Positions 15,096 to 22,949 of a stretch of DNA of 24,000 bases are shown piece after piece. Location: assembly GCA_036676985.1 (NCBI GenBank), contig JAKFBU010000076.1, positions 15,185 to 39,184 on the forward strand. Reading direction: 5' to 3'. How positions within the stretch are numbered: position 1 is the first letter of the stretch; the number at the start of each line of letters is the position of its first letter. This DNA is from Candidatus Sericytochromatia bacterium. Lineage in GTDB: Bacteria; Cyanobacteriota; Sericytochromatia; S15B-MN24; UBA4093. Made by a program: the position numbers and the translations under genes. A model generated the notes under the pieces. It saw only the letters and a list, made by a program, of their open reading frames with translations. It searched no databases and was not told where the DNA came from.

Positions 15096-15683
15096 GTGGC
15101 GATCGAAACCCGAATCCCGTTGAGTCAACAGGAGCGCGCGCGTCAGGCGCTGCGGACGCTCCTGGAGGCCATTGGGGAGGATCCCGATCGCGAAGGCCTC
15201 CGCGACACGCCCGATCGCGTCCTGCGGAGCTGGGAGGAGATCTTCGGCGGCTACACGCAGGATCCCGGGGAGATCCTGGCGACCACCTTCGAGGAGGTCG
15301 AGGGCTACCAGGAGTTCGTCCTGCTCAAGGACATCCCGTTCGACTCCACCTGCGAGCACCACATGCTCCCCTTCGACGGGATCGCGCACATCGCCTACCT
15401 GCCCAACGATCGCGTCGTGGGCCTCTCCAAGCTGGCCCGCCTGGTGGATTGCTTCGCCCGGCGCCTCCAGATCCAGGAGCGCATGACGCAGCACATCGCC
15501 CAGGCCCTGATGACCCACCTCAATGCCAAGGGTGTGGCCGTGATGGTCGAGGGGGTGCACGGCTGCATGACCTGCCGGGGCGTCCGCAAGGAAGGCTCCG
15601 CGATGGTGACGGTCGCCTTCGACGGGGAGTTCCAGCAGCCCGAGCGGCGCAACGAGTTCCTGTCGCTGACGACGCGTCGGTGA
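15096..15683 (+). CDS. folE: GTP cyclohydrolase I (FolE type 1)
   Basis: 195 aa with a GTG start. EGLRDTPDRV, the zinc-site motif CEHHMLPF, and VVGLSKLARLVD with QIQERMT are canonical FolE. Confidence 0.93.
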   Translation: MAIETRIPLSQQERARQALRTLLEAIGEDPDREGLRDTPDRVLRSWEEIFGGYTQDPGEILATTFEEVEGYQEFVLLKDIPFDSTCEHHMLPFDGIAHIAYLPNDRVVGLSKLARLVDCFARRLQIQERMTQHIAQALMTHLNAKGVAVMVEGVHGCMTCRGVRKEGSAMVTVAFDGEFQQPERRNEFLSLTTRR

Positions 15684-15700
15684 CGTAGCCCCCGCAGCGT

Positions 15701-15729
15701 GCCGGCCCGGTAACGGGTCGGCCGTTTCG
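15701..15729 (+). terminator. Weak hairpin after folE (possible partial terminator)
   Basis: GCCGGCCCG (15701-15709) pairs with CGGGTCGGC (15714-15722) with one G-T pair and loop GTAA, followed by CGTTTCG (only three T). Confidence 0.3.
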
Positions 15730-15752
15730 TGAGGGGAGCTGGGAGGGACACC

Positions 15753-17192
15753 TTGGGCAACTATCTCATCATGCTGCTGCCCATCCTGGTCACGCAGATC
15801 GTCAGTCGGGTGGTGGTCCGCTATGGCGCGACCTTCGACGTGCCGAAGTATCCCGTGTCCCGCCACCGTATGGTGTGCTCCTTCTGCCTCTACGCGAGCC
15901 TCGCCGCCACCGTCTTCTTCTGGAAAGTGCCCGGGATCCACGCGAGCTGGACCTTTGCGACCCTGCTCCTGTTCGCTACCTCGCTGGAGGGGCACCTGCG
16001 CCTGGTCGAATCGCCCTTCTCGCTACGCCGCTGGTGGCCGCTCTACGGCCTCGTGGCGCTCGCCGCCGCCCTGGGCGTCGGCCTGACCTATCCCAATCCG
16101 ATCTACCTGTCCCTGTGGGCCGTCCTCGCCGTGCTCGCGCAGGGCGCCTCGGTCTTCGTCCTGACGCGTTCCGCTCTGCGCTCGTCGCCCGCGATCACCA
16201 TCATGGGGGCCTCGTATGCGGTGGGGATGGTGGCGGCGGCCATGACGCCCTGGGTGGCCTCGAACCTCTCGCACTTCCTGGTCGAGCTGCTCCTGGTCCT
16301 GGTCTCGCTCTCGGCCGTCCTCATGGCCATGGGCATGCTCAGCTTCGTGCTGGAGCGGACGGCCCAGCGCCTCCAGGACACCCAGGCGCGTATCTCGGCT
16401 GAGATCGACGAGCGTACGGCCGAGCTCCGGGCGGCCAACTCGCGGCTGCAGGAGCTCGATCGCCTCAAGGACCAGATCCTGAGCACGGTGAGCCACGAGC
16501 TGCGCACCCCGCTCGCCACCATCCGGGGCTACGGCGAGTTCCTGGAGGATGAGATCGCGGGCCCGCTCTCGGACGGCAACCGGGAGTACGTCCACAACAT
16601 CCTGGAGGCGACCCAGGTCGTCTCCCACAAGGTGGACGACCTCCTGGATCTCGCGGGCATCTCGGCCGGTAACTTCCGATTCGAGTTCGCGCCCTTCCGG
16701 TACGACGAGCTGCTGCGGCAGTTGGGCAGCCTCATGCATCCGATCCTGGCCAGGCGATCCCAGACCCTGCGCCTGCAGCATGCCGACGAGATCCCGCTGG
16801 TGGGCGATCGCCGCCGCATCCTGCAGGTGCTGGTCAACCTGGTCCAGAACGCCTCCAAGTTCTCGGCGGACGGCGCGGTCATCGAGGTCACAGCGGAGGT
16901 CGACGCCGAGGGCGTCACCACCCGCGTGTCGGATCAGGGCATCGGCATCCCCCCCGAGCAGCTCACGCGCATCTTCGAGGCCTTCTACCAGGTGGACAGC
17001 CACAGCACGCGGGTGCATGGCGGCATCGGGATGGGGCTGGCCATCGTGCGCAGCATGATCGAGGCCCACCGGGGACGCATCGAGGTCCGGAGTACCGAGG
17101 GCGAGGGCTCCACCTTCACCTTCCGTCTGCCTTACCTGCCCTTCGAGGAGCGTCGGGGGACGACGGCTCAACTGCCGGAAACCACCGTCTGA
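15753..17192 (+). CDS. Membrane-bound sensor histidine kinase with multi-pass (about 6-7 TM) N-terminal domain
   Basis: H-box TVSHELRTPL, N-box LVQNASKFS, G1 DQGIGI, G2 GIGMGLAIV. The N-terminal ~200 aa is a series of hydrophobic helices. Start chosen at TTG 15753 (GGAGG 6 nt upstream). GTG 15729 and ATG 15771 are in-frame alternatives. Confidence 0.85.
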   Translation: MGNYLIMLLPILVTQIVSRVVVRYGATFDVPKYPVSRHRMVCSFCLYASLAATVFFWKVPGIHASWTFATLLLFATSLEGHLRLVESPFSLRRWWPLYGLVALAAALGVGLTYPNPIYLSLWAVLAVLAQGASVFVLTRSALRSSPAITIMGASYAVGMVAAAMTPWVASNLSHFLVELLLVLVSLSAVLMAMGMLSFVLERTAQRLQDTQARISAEIDERTAELRAANSRLQELDRLKDQILSTVSHELRTPLATIRGYGEFLEDEIAGPLSDGNREYVHNILEATQVVSHKVDDLLDLAGISAGNFRFEFAPFRYDELLRQLGSLMHPILARRSQTLRLQHADEIPLVGDRRRILQVLVNLVQNASKFSADGAVIEVTAEVDAEGVTTRVSDQGIGIPPEQLTRIFEAFYQVDSHSTRVHGGIGMGLAIVRSMIEAHRGRIEVRSTEGEGSTFTFRLPYLPFEERRGTTAQLPETTV

Positions 17193-17348
17193 CCTGAAGT
17201 TCGGTAGGTCCTACGGATGATCCTCCCGTTGCCCGGAGCTATGGTGAGGATGCGAGGAGGGAAGCCTGAAACGAACGAAATCGGACGGTTGAACACCCTC
17301 GAGGCGACACCGCCGCACAGAAATCGCCACCAGGCGCACCCCTCCCCT

Positions 17349-17382
17349 GACCCCCGCTGCACCCGCGGGGGTCTTTCTATTT
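17349..17382. terminator. Bidirectional terminator hairpin shared by the kinase gene and the convergent lipoprotein gene
   Basis: GACCCCCGC (17349-17357) pairs with GCGGGGGTC (17365-17373) around a 7-nt loop, followed by TTTCTATTT. Confidence 0.7.
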
Positions 17383-17800
17383 AAGGCACTTGCAGCGTGA
17401 CGCTGGCGGTCGTGTCGGCGTCCACCTGGGCGCTCGCCGTCGCCGAGTCGTCGCTGAGCCGCACCTCGTAGGGGCCCGTCTTCATGCGCTCGAAGCGCAC
17501 GACGCCCGAGGCGTCGGTCGTGCCGCTGATGACCGACGGACAGCGCAGCCCCGTGTAAACCAGGCGAGTGGCCGAGACGCCGACGTTTGCCTTGCCGACT
17601 CCGCCCGCATCGACCACGCGGACCTGCAGGGTGCCGACCGGAATCTCCGTCTGGGTGCGGTAGCCTGCCGCGACCTGGGGGCTGCAGCCGCCGGAGTCGG
17701 CGGCCGGCGAGCCGAACATGGTGCCGAGGCTCGAGCAGCCCGCCGTGACGACGAGGGCGGCGACGGCGAGGCCGACGAGGGCGTAAGGCTGGCGTGGCAT
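17381..17800 (-). CDS. Putative lipoprotein with carboxypeptidase-regulatory-like beta-sandwich pattern
   Basis: ATG 17800 is preceded by AAGGAGA, giving 139 aa. Signal plus lipobox-like LVVTAGC. The body (GTLQVRVVDAGG, TDASGVVRFERMKTGPYEVRL) resembles CarboxypepD_reg-type domains. The longer ORF-track starts lack an SD. Confidence 0.7.
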   Translation of the reverse strand: MPRQPYALVGLAVAALVVTAGCSSLGTMFGSPAADSGGCSPQVAAGYRTQTEIPVGTLQVRVVDAGGVGKANVGVSATRLVYTGLRCPSVISGTTDASGVVRFERMKTGPYEVRLSDDSATASAQVDADTTASVTLQVP

Positions 17801-17937
17801 GGGGCATCTCCTTCCGAGGGGACTCATACCCGCCCGGCGAGCGCCCAACCCCCGCATGATCCACCGGGCGATCGTGGCCATGCGCGGGCCCCGGCAGTAC
17901 ACTGGAGGGACACGCAAGAAAAGGAGTTGTGACCAAG

Positions 17938-18282
17938 ATGGCCAAGTCGACCGTGATCGCCGAAGGAAAGGCGTGGCGCCTGCAGACCACGTGGGGCGAG
18001 TTCGCCGTGCCCGCCGGGACCGAGCAAGACTACGAGTCCACCTATGAGAAGCTGCGGGACCTGGTGGTCGAGCGCTTCGAGCAGATCGCCCAGGAGAACG
18101 GCGCCATGCTCGCCTGGATCCGTGAGACCGGCCAGGTGGTGGGCCCTCAGAACCCGGCCGCCGATCTGCTGAAGAACCTCGAGCCCTGGCGCCAGCAAGC
18201 CGAGCGCGAGGTGACGGAGAGCTGGCAGCGTGGGGAGATCGCCGCGGTCTACTCGGGCGGAGCCCCCAGCGAGGCCGAGTAG
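17938..18282 (+). CDS. Hypothetical cytoplasmic protein (114 aa)
   Basis: High GC3. AAGGAG at 17921-17926. ATG 17938 is preferred over GTG 17929, which is only 2 nt from the SD. No motif recognised. Confidence 0.65.
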   Translation: MAKSTVIAEGKAWRLQTTWGEFAVPAGTEQDYESTYEKLRDLVVERFEQIAQENGAMLAWIRETGQVVGPQNPAADLLKNLEPWRQQAEREVTESWQRGEIAAVYSGGAPSEAE

Positions 18283-18400
18283 CGCCCGCTTCCTGGACCC
18301 TCGGACCCGCTTGCGTTAAGCTGAAGCCATCTGGCGACGATCTGTCGCTGTTTGGTCACGGCAGCCTCCCTGCGAGGCCGGCAAGCGCACCGAGGGTCTC

Positions 18401-18763
18401 ATGTCCAAGTCGTCGTTCGAGTTCCTGATGATGGTGGTCGGCGTCGCGGCCATCGTGATGACGTCCGCGACCCTGTACTACCTGGGGACGGCCTTCGTTC
18501 CGGGCGTCCTCCTCTTCGTGCCCCTGTTCGGCATGGCCGGGCTCGTGCTCGCGCCCTTCCATCGGCGCCACTACGATGCGGACTGGTGGGACCTGGGCAC
18601 GCCCCGCCTGAGCGAAGAGGACCCGCCCCTCTGGCAGATCGCGAGCCTCTCGGTGGTGCTCGTGTGCCTCCTGCTCTGGGTCGCCAACCCCGTCGTGTAC
18701 TACCCCGGCGAGGTCAGCCTCCCCATCCGCTACGTTACCGAGGGCCTGAGTCAGGAGCGCTGA
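18401..18763 (+). CDS. Small integral membrane protein (120 aa, about 3 TM helices)
   Basis: High GC3. Hydrophobic segments FEFLMMVVGVAAIVMTSATLYYL, VLLFVPLFGMAGLVLAPF and IASLSVVLVCLLLWVA. Confidence 0.7.
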   Translation: MSKSSFEFLMMVVGVAAIVMTSATLYYLGTAFVPGVLLFVPLFGMAGLVLAPFHRRHYDADWWDLGTPRLSEEDPPLWQIASLSVVLVCLLLWVANPVVYYPGEVSLPIRYVTEGLSQER

Positions 18764-18773
18764 GCCACGCGCC

Positions 18774-19214
18774 TCACGGCTCCAGGGAGACGAGGGACCA
18801 GTGGGGGTAGCGCTCGTTGGCGTAGGCGAGCGCCTCCTCCAGCCGGTTGAAGTCCCGCTGGTGGCGCGGCAGCTCCTGCTCCACCACCGTGAACCAGTCC
18901 GGGGTCTGGGCGATGTAGACCTGGATCCGGTCCTTCTGCTTGACCGAGTAGCTCCAGTTCGACTTGGAGAAGGCCCGATCCCCCAGCGTCGCCTTGCTCT
19001 TGGGCGCCGCCATGCGCGTGGGAACGGCCAGGTACGTGCGCTGTGCCTCCTCGTCCCAGCGGAGGGAGCCCGCGGATCCGGCGCTGCTCAGGGCGAGCGG
19101 CCGATAGATCGCCTTGGCCGTGTCCAGTGGCGGCCGGTCGGTGGGAAGGGAACTGCAGGCGCCAAGGGCGAGGGCGATCAGGGCGCCCCCGATATAGGGA
19201 TGGCTCAGTCTCAT
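18774..19214 (-). CDS. Putative lipoprotein (146 aa)
   Basis: GGAGG lies 5 nt upstream of ATG 19214. Signal peptide with lipobox IALALGAC. Confidence 0.75.
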   Translation of the reverse strand: MRLSHPYIGGALIALALGACSSLPTDRPPLDTAKAIYRPLALSSAGSAGSLRWDEEAQRTYLAVPTRMAAPKSKATLGDRAFSKSNWSYSVKQKDRIQVYIAQTPDWFTVVEQELPRHQRDFNRLEEALAYANERYPHWSLVSLEP

Positions 19215-19343
19215 GGGGCCTCCTTCGAAAAGCAGATCAGTAACGATAATTCGTTTTCATATCAAGCTAGCAAGTTTTGTGCGAAATGAAAAGAGCGAGT
19301 ACGATGAGGGCGTGCCCGCTTGATTCATGAAGGAGTCCTCCGC

Positions 19344-21059
19344 GTGTCCACCAAGTCGGTCGTTGCCTCGCTCACCCTCTCGGCCCTCTTACTCGTCTCC
19401 ACGGTCGCCTCGGCTGCTCCCGTCCCCGCCCAGTGGGCCTTTCCGGCCGATGGCCCTCCCGTGAAGGCCAAGCACGGCATGGTCTCGAGCGTCTCACCCA
19501 TCGCGAGCAAGGTCGGCGTCGAGATCCTCAAGCAGGGCGGCAACGCCATCGACGCGGCGGTCGCCGTGGCCTTCGCCATGGCCGTCACCTGGCCGGAGGC
19601 GGGCAACGTGGGCGGCGGCGGCTTCCTGGTCATGCGCGACAAGGAGGGCAAGAACTACGCCCTCGACTACCGCGAGACGGCCCCCGCCAAGGCCACGCGC
19701 GACATGTTCCTCGACGAGAAGGGCGAGGTGACCGACAAGGGCCTCGTCACGCGCCTCGGCGCCGGAACCCCCGGCACGGTCTGGGGCATGTACGAGGTGC
19801 ACCGCAAGTTCGGGCGCATGGCATGGCCCGACCTCCTGGCCCCCGCCATCAAGCTCGCCCATGAGGGCTTCCTCGTGGACAAGGGCCTCGCGGCCTCGCT
19901 CGAGAAGTACCAGGCGGATCTGCGCCGGGACGACGAGGCGGCGCGCATCTTCCTCAAGGACGGTCAGCCCCTCAAGGTGGGCGATCGCCTCCAGCAGCCC
20001 GATCTGGCCCGCACGCTGCGCCTCGTCTCGAACCGCGGCCCCGAGGGCTTCTACCAGGGTCCCGTCGCCGAGGCGTTCGACGAGGACATGGCCGACAACG
20101 GCGGCATCATGACGGCAGCCGACCTCGCCGCCTACCGTCCCAAGTGGCGCGAGCCCATCGCCTTCACCTACCGCGGCCTCAAGGTCGTGAGCATGCCGCC
20201 TCCGAGCTCGGGCGGCTTCCTCCTGGCCTCCATCCTCAAGATGGTGGAGAAGGACGACGTCAAGAAGTTGGGCTGGCACAGCCCCGGCCACATCCACCTC
20301 ATCGCCGAGGCCGAGCGGCGCGCCTTCGCGGATCGCAACGAGTACCTGGGCGACCCCGACCACCTCTCCATCCCGCTCAAGCGCATGCTCGATCCCACCT
20401 ACCTCCAGCAGCGCCGCGCCACGGTGGATCCCGCCAAGGCGACCCCCGAGTTCTCCACCCAGCCGGGCCTCGCGGAGCGTGAGGAGACGACCCACTTCGT
20501 GGTGGCGGACGCCTTGGGCAACGTCGTGAGCAACACCTACACCCTCAACGGCGCCTACGGCAGCTGCATCGTCGTGCCCGGCACGGGCGTCCTGCTCAAC
20601 AACGAGATGGACGACTTCACGGCCAAGCCCGGCTCCCCCAACCTGTTCGGGCTGGTGCAGGGCGAGAAGAACGCGATCGCCCCCAAGAAGCGCATGCTGA
20701 GCTCCATGTCGCCCACGCTGGTGCTGGACGCCAAGGGCAACTTCCGCATGGCGGTGGGCTCGCCCGGCGGCTCCACCATCCCGACCACCACCCTCCAGGT
20801 CCTCATGAACTACTTCGACTTCGGCATGAACGTCCGCCAGGCCGTGGTCGCGCCGCGCTTCCACCATCAGGGGCTGCCCCAGTCCATCGACGTGGAGCCC
20901 GCCGGCTTCGATCCCGCCACGCTGAAGGCGCTGGAGGGCATGGGTCATCCCCTGCGCGAGCGCTACCTTGGAGACGCGCAGGCGATCGTCCGCAAGCCCG
21001 ACGGCAGCTTCGAGGGCTGGGCCGATCCGCGCAAGGGCGGCCTCGCGGTCGGCTACTAA
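19344..21059 (+). CDS. ggt: Gamma-glutamyltransferase
   Basis: Start at GTG 19344 (AGGAG 8 nt upstream) gives signal peptide MSTKSVVASLTLSALLLVSTVASA. GGT motifs: GGNAIDAAVA, NVGGGGF, autoprocessing/catalytic Thr in EETTHFVVAD, SSMSPT, GSPGGSTI. Confidence 0.93.
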   Translation: MSTKSVVASLTLSALLLVSTVASAAPVPAQWAFPADGPPVKAKHGMVSSVSPIASKVGVEILKQGGNAIDAAVAVAFAMAVTWPEAGNVGGGGFLVMRDKEGKNYALDYRETAPAKATRDMFLDEKGEVTDKGLVTRLGAGTPGTVWGMYEVHRKFGRMAWPDLLAPAIKLAHEGFLVDKGLAASLEKYQADLRRDDEAARIFLKDGQPLKVGDRLQQPDLARTLRLVSNRGPEGFYQGPVAEAFDEDMADNGGIMTAADLAAYRPKWREPIAFTYRGLKVVSMPPPSSGGFLLASILKMVEKDDVKKLGWHSPGHIHLIAEAERRAFADRNEYLGDPDHLSIPLKRMLDPTYLQQRRATVDPAKATPEFSTQPGLAEREETTHFVVADALGNVVSNTYTLNGAYGSCIVVPGTGVLLNNEMDDFTAKPGSPNLFGLVQGEKNAIAPKKRMLSSMSPTLVLDAKGNFRMAVGSPGGSTIPTTTLQVLMNYFDFGMNVRQAVVAPRFHHQGLPQSIDVEPAGFDPATLKALEGMGHPLRERYLGDAQAIVRKPDGSFEGWADPRKGGLAVGY

Positions 21060-21078
21060 GCCCACCATTCGCCACTTC

Positions 21079-21112
21079 AGGCCCTCCTCTTGTTCGAGGA
21101 GGGCCTTCTTGC
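21079..21112 (+). terminator. Intrinsic terminator after ggt
   Basis: AGGCCCTCCTC (21079-21089) pairs with GAGGAGGGCCT (21096-21106) around loop TTGTTC, followed by TCTTGCT. Confidence 0.75.
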
Positions 21113-21144
21113 TGGGCCCGGAGGGGCGAGAGCGGCGGAGATCG

Positions 21145-21153
21145 TGATAAAAT
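21145..21153 (+). promoter_or_regulatory. Extended -10 promoter element immediately upstream of queD (implies a leaderless or near-leaderless transcript)
   Basis: TGATAAAAT (TG-n-TAAAAT) at 21145-21153 ends 6 nt before the queD ATG at 21160. No SD fits in between. Confidence 0.4.
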
Positions 21154-21159
21154 GGGGGC

Positions 21160-21504
21160 ATGTACAGGCTCACCAAACGACTGAAATTCGAGGCCGCGCA
21201 TCGCATCCCGGGGCATCCCGGCAAGTGCGATCGCCTGCATGGCCACACCTACTTCGTGGACGTCGAGGTCAAGGGCACCGATCTCGACGCCCTGGGGATC
21301 CTGATCGACTTCAACCACCTCAAGGAGCTCGAAGCGCTCCTGCCCGACCACACCTACCTCAACGAGACGCTGCCGGGCATCCAGACCACCGCGGAGGGGC
21401 TGTCCAGGCACTTCTTCCAGGTCTTCAAGGAGCGCCTCCCCGAGGTCGCGGCCGTGACCGTGCACGAGGGGCCCAACTCCTGGTGCCGCTTCGAGGAGGC
21501 GTAG
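21160..21504 (+). CDS. queD: 6-carboxy-5,6,7,8-tetrahydropterin synthase
   Basis: 114 aa. FEAAHRIPGHPGKCDRLHGHTY is the QueD/PTPS zinc-His and catalytic-Cys signature. Confidence 0.93.
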   Translation: MYRLTKRLKFEAAHRIPGHPGKCDRLHGHTYFVDVEVKGTDLDALGILIDFNHLKELEALLPDHTYLNETLPGIQTTAEGLSRHFFQVFKERLPEVAAVTVHEGPNSWCRFEEA

Positions 21505-21505
21505 G

Positions 21506-22210
21506 ATGGCCGTGGAAGCGAAGCCCGTGACCCTCGAGGTCTGCGAGATCTTCACCAGCATCCAGGGCGAGGGCACCCGCATCGGCGTGCCGAGCACCTT
21601 CGTGCGGCTCCTGCGCTGCAACCTGCACTGCGCCTGGTGCGACACCACCTATAGCTGGAAGGACGGCGAACGGGTCGAGGGCGTCCAGATGTCCCCCGAG
21701 GCCATCCTGCGCGAGGTCCACGCCCGCGACGTGGTGCTCACGGGTGGCGAGCCCATGTTGCAGGACTTGTCGCCCTTGCTCGCCCTCATGGGCGATCGCC
21801 ACGTCACCGTCGAGACCAACGGCACCATCTTCAAGGCCTACGACCGGGTCAACCTCTGGAGCATCAGCCCCAAGCTCGGCTCGAGCGGCCACAAGCCCAA
21901 CAAGCGGGTCCTCGGCGAGTTCGTCGCGCACTACGGCCACAAGCTGCAGCTCAAGTTCGTCGTCGGCGGTCCTGCCGACCTCCAGGCCGTCAAGGACCTG
22001 CTCGAGGAGCTGCCCGAGGTGGCCGAGCGCGCCATTCCCGTCATCCTGCAGCCCGTCGGCAGCCCGACGCAGGGTGCGGGCGATTACCTGGAGGGCATGC
22101 GCCGCCTGATCGAGGAGGAGCTCCTGGTCGATGGCGCCTGGGCCAGGTACAACTGGCGCTTCCTGCCCCAGTTCCACCGTCTCCTCTGGGGAGACAAGCG
22201 AGGGATCTAA
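21506..22210 (+). CDS. queE: 7-carboxy-7-deazaguanine synthase (radical SAM)
   Basis: 234 aa. EIFTSIQGEG and the radical-SAM cluster CNLHCAWCDT. Its start is 1 nt after the queD stop. Confidence 0.93.
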   Translation: MAVEAKPVTLEVCEIFTSIQGEGTRIGVPSTFVRLLRCNLHCAWCDTTYSWKDGERVEGVQMSPEAILREVHARDVVLTGGEPMLQDLSPLLALMGDRHVTVETNGTIFKAYDRVNLWSISPKLGSSGHKPNKRVLGEFVAHYGHKLQLKFVVGGPADLQAVKDLLEELPEVAERAIPVILQPVGSPTQGAGDYLEGMRRLIEEELLVDGAWARYNWRFLPQFHRLLWGDKRGI

Positions 22211-22890
22211 TGTCGAAGAAAGCCGTCGTCCTGCTGTCCGGTGGTCTGGACAGCACCACCTGCGCGTATCTCGCCAAGGCCCAGGGCTACGAGGTCTACG
22301 CCCTCTCCTTCGACTACGGCCAGCGCCTCGCCCGCGAGCTCGACTCGGCCAAGGCCGTCGCCCAGGCCGTGGGGGCCGCCGAGCACATCGTCATGAAGTT
22401 CGACCTCACGCGCTGGGGTGGCTCGGCCCTCACGCAGGCGGACCTCGCGGTGCCGACGGGCCGCGAGACGGCCGAGATGGAGGAGAGCATCCCCGTCACC
22501 TACGTGCCGGGCCGCAACATCCTCTTTTTGAGCTTCGGCGTCTCCTACGCCGAGGCCAAGGGTGCCGAGGCCATCTTCATCGGGGTGAACGCCCTCGACT
22601 ACTCGGGCTATCCCGACTGCCGCCCCGAGTTCATCGCCGCCTACCAGGAGGCCGTTCGCCTCGGGACCAAGGCGGGCGTCGAGGGCCGGCCCATCCGCAT
22701 CGAGACGCCGCTTCTGCACTGGACCAAGGCCGAGATCATCCGGCATGGGCTCGAGGCGGGCGCCGACTACGGCCTCACGTGGTCCTGCTACCAGGGTGGG
22801 GCCGTGCCCTGCGGCGAGTGCGACTCCTGCAAGCTCAGGGCCAAGGGCTTCGCCGAGGCGGGCGTCCGGGACGCGGCCCTACCCGTCTAA
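22210..22890 (+). CDS. queC: 7-cyano-7-deazaguanine (preQ0) synthase
   Basis: 226 aa. PP-loop AVVLLSGGLDSTT and the C-terminal zinc cysteines CYQGGAVPCGECDSCKLR. TAATG start/stop overlap with queE. Confidence 0.95.
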   Translation: MSKKAVVLLSGGLDSTTCAYLAKAQGYEVYALSFDYGQRLARELDSAKAVAQAVGAAEHIVMKFDLTRWGGSALTQADLAVPTGRETAEMEESIPVTYVPGRNILFLSFGVSYAEAKGAEAIFIGVNALDYSGYPDCRPEFIAAYQEAVRLGTKAGVEGRPIRIETPLLHWTKAEIIRHGLEAGADYGLTWSCYQGGAVPCGECDSCKLRAKGFAEAGVRDAALPV

Positions 22891-22902
22891 GGTCTCCCAG
22901 GA

Positions 22903-22936
22903 AAGAGGGCGCTTCCTGTTCAGGAAGCGCCCTCTT
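22903..22936. terminator. Bidirectional terminator hairpin between queC and the PLD-family gene
   Basis: AAGAGGGCGCTTCCTG (22903-22918) and CAGGAAGCGCCCTCTT (22921-22936) are exact reverse complements (16-bp arms), flanked by A-rich and T-rich ends. Confidence 0.8.
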
Positions 22937-22949
22937 GTCGTCTGTGCCG

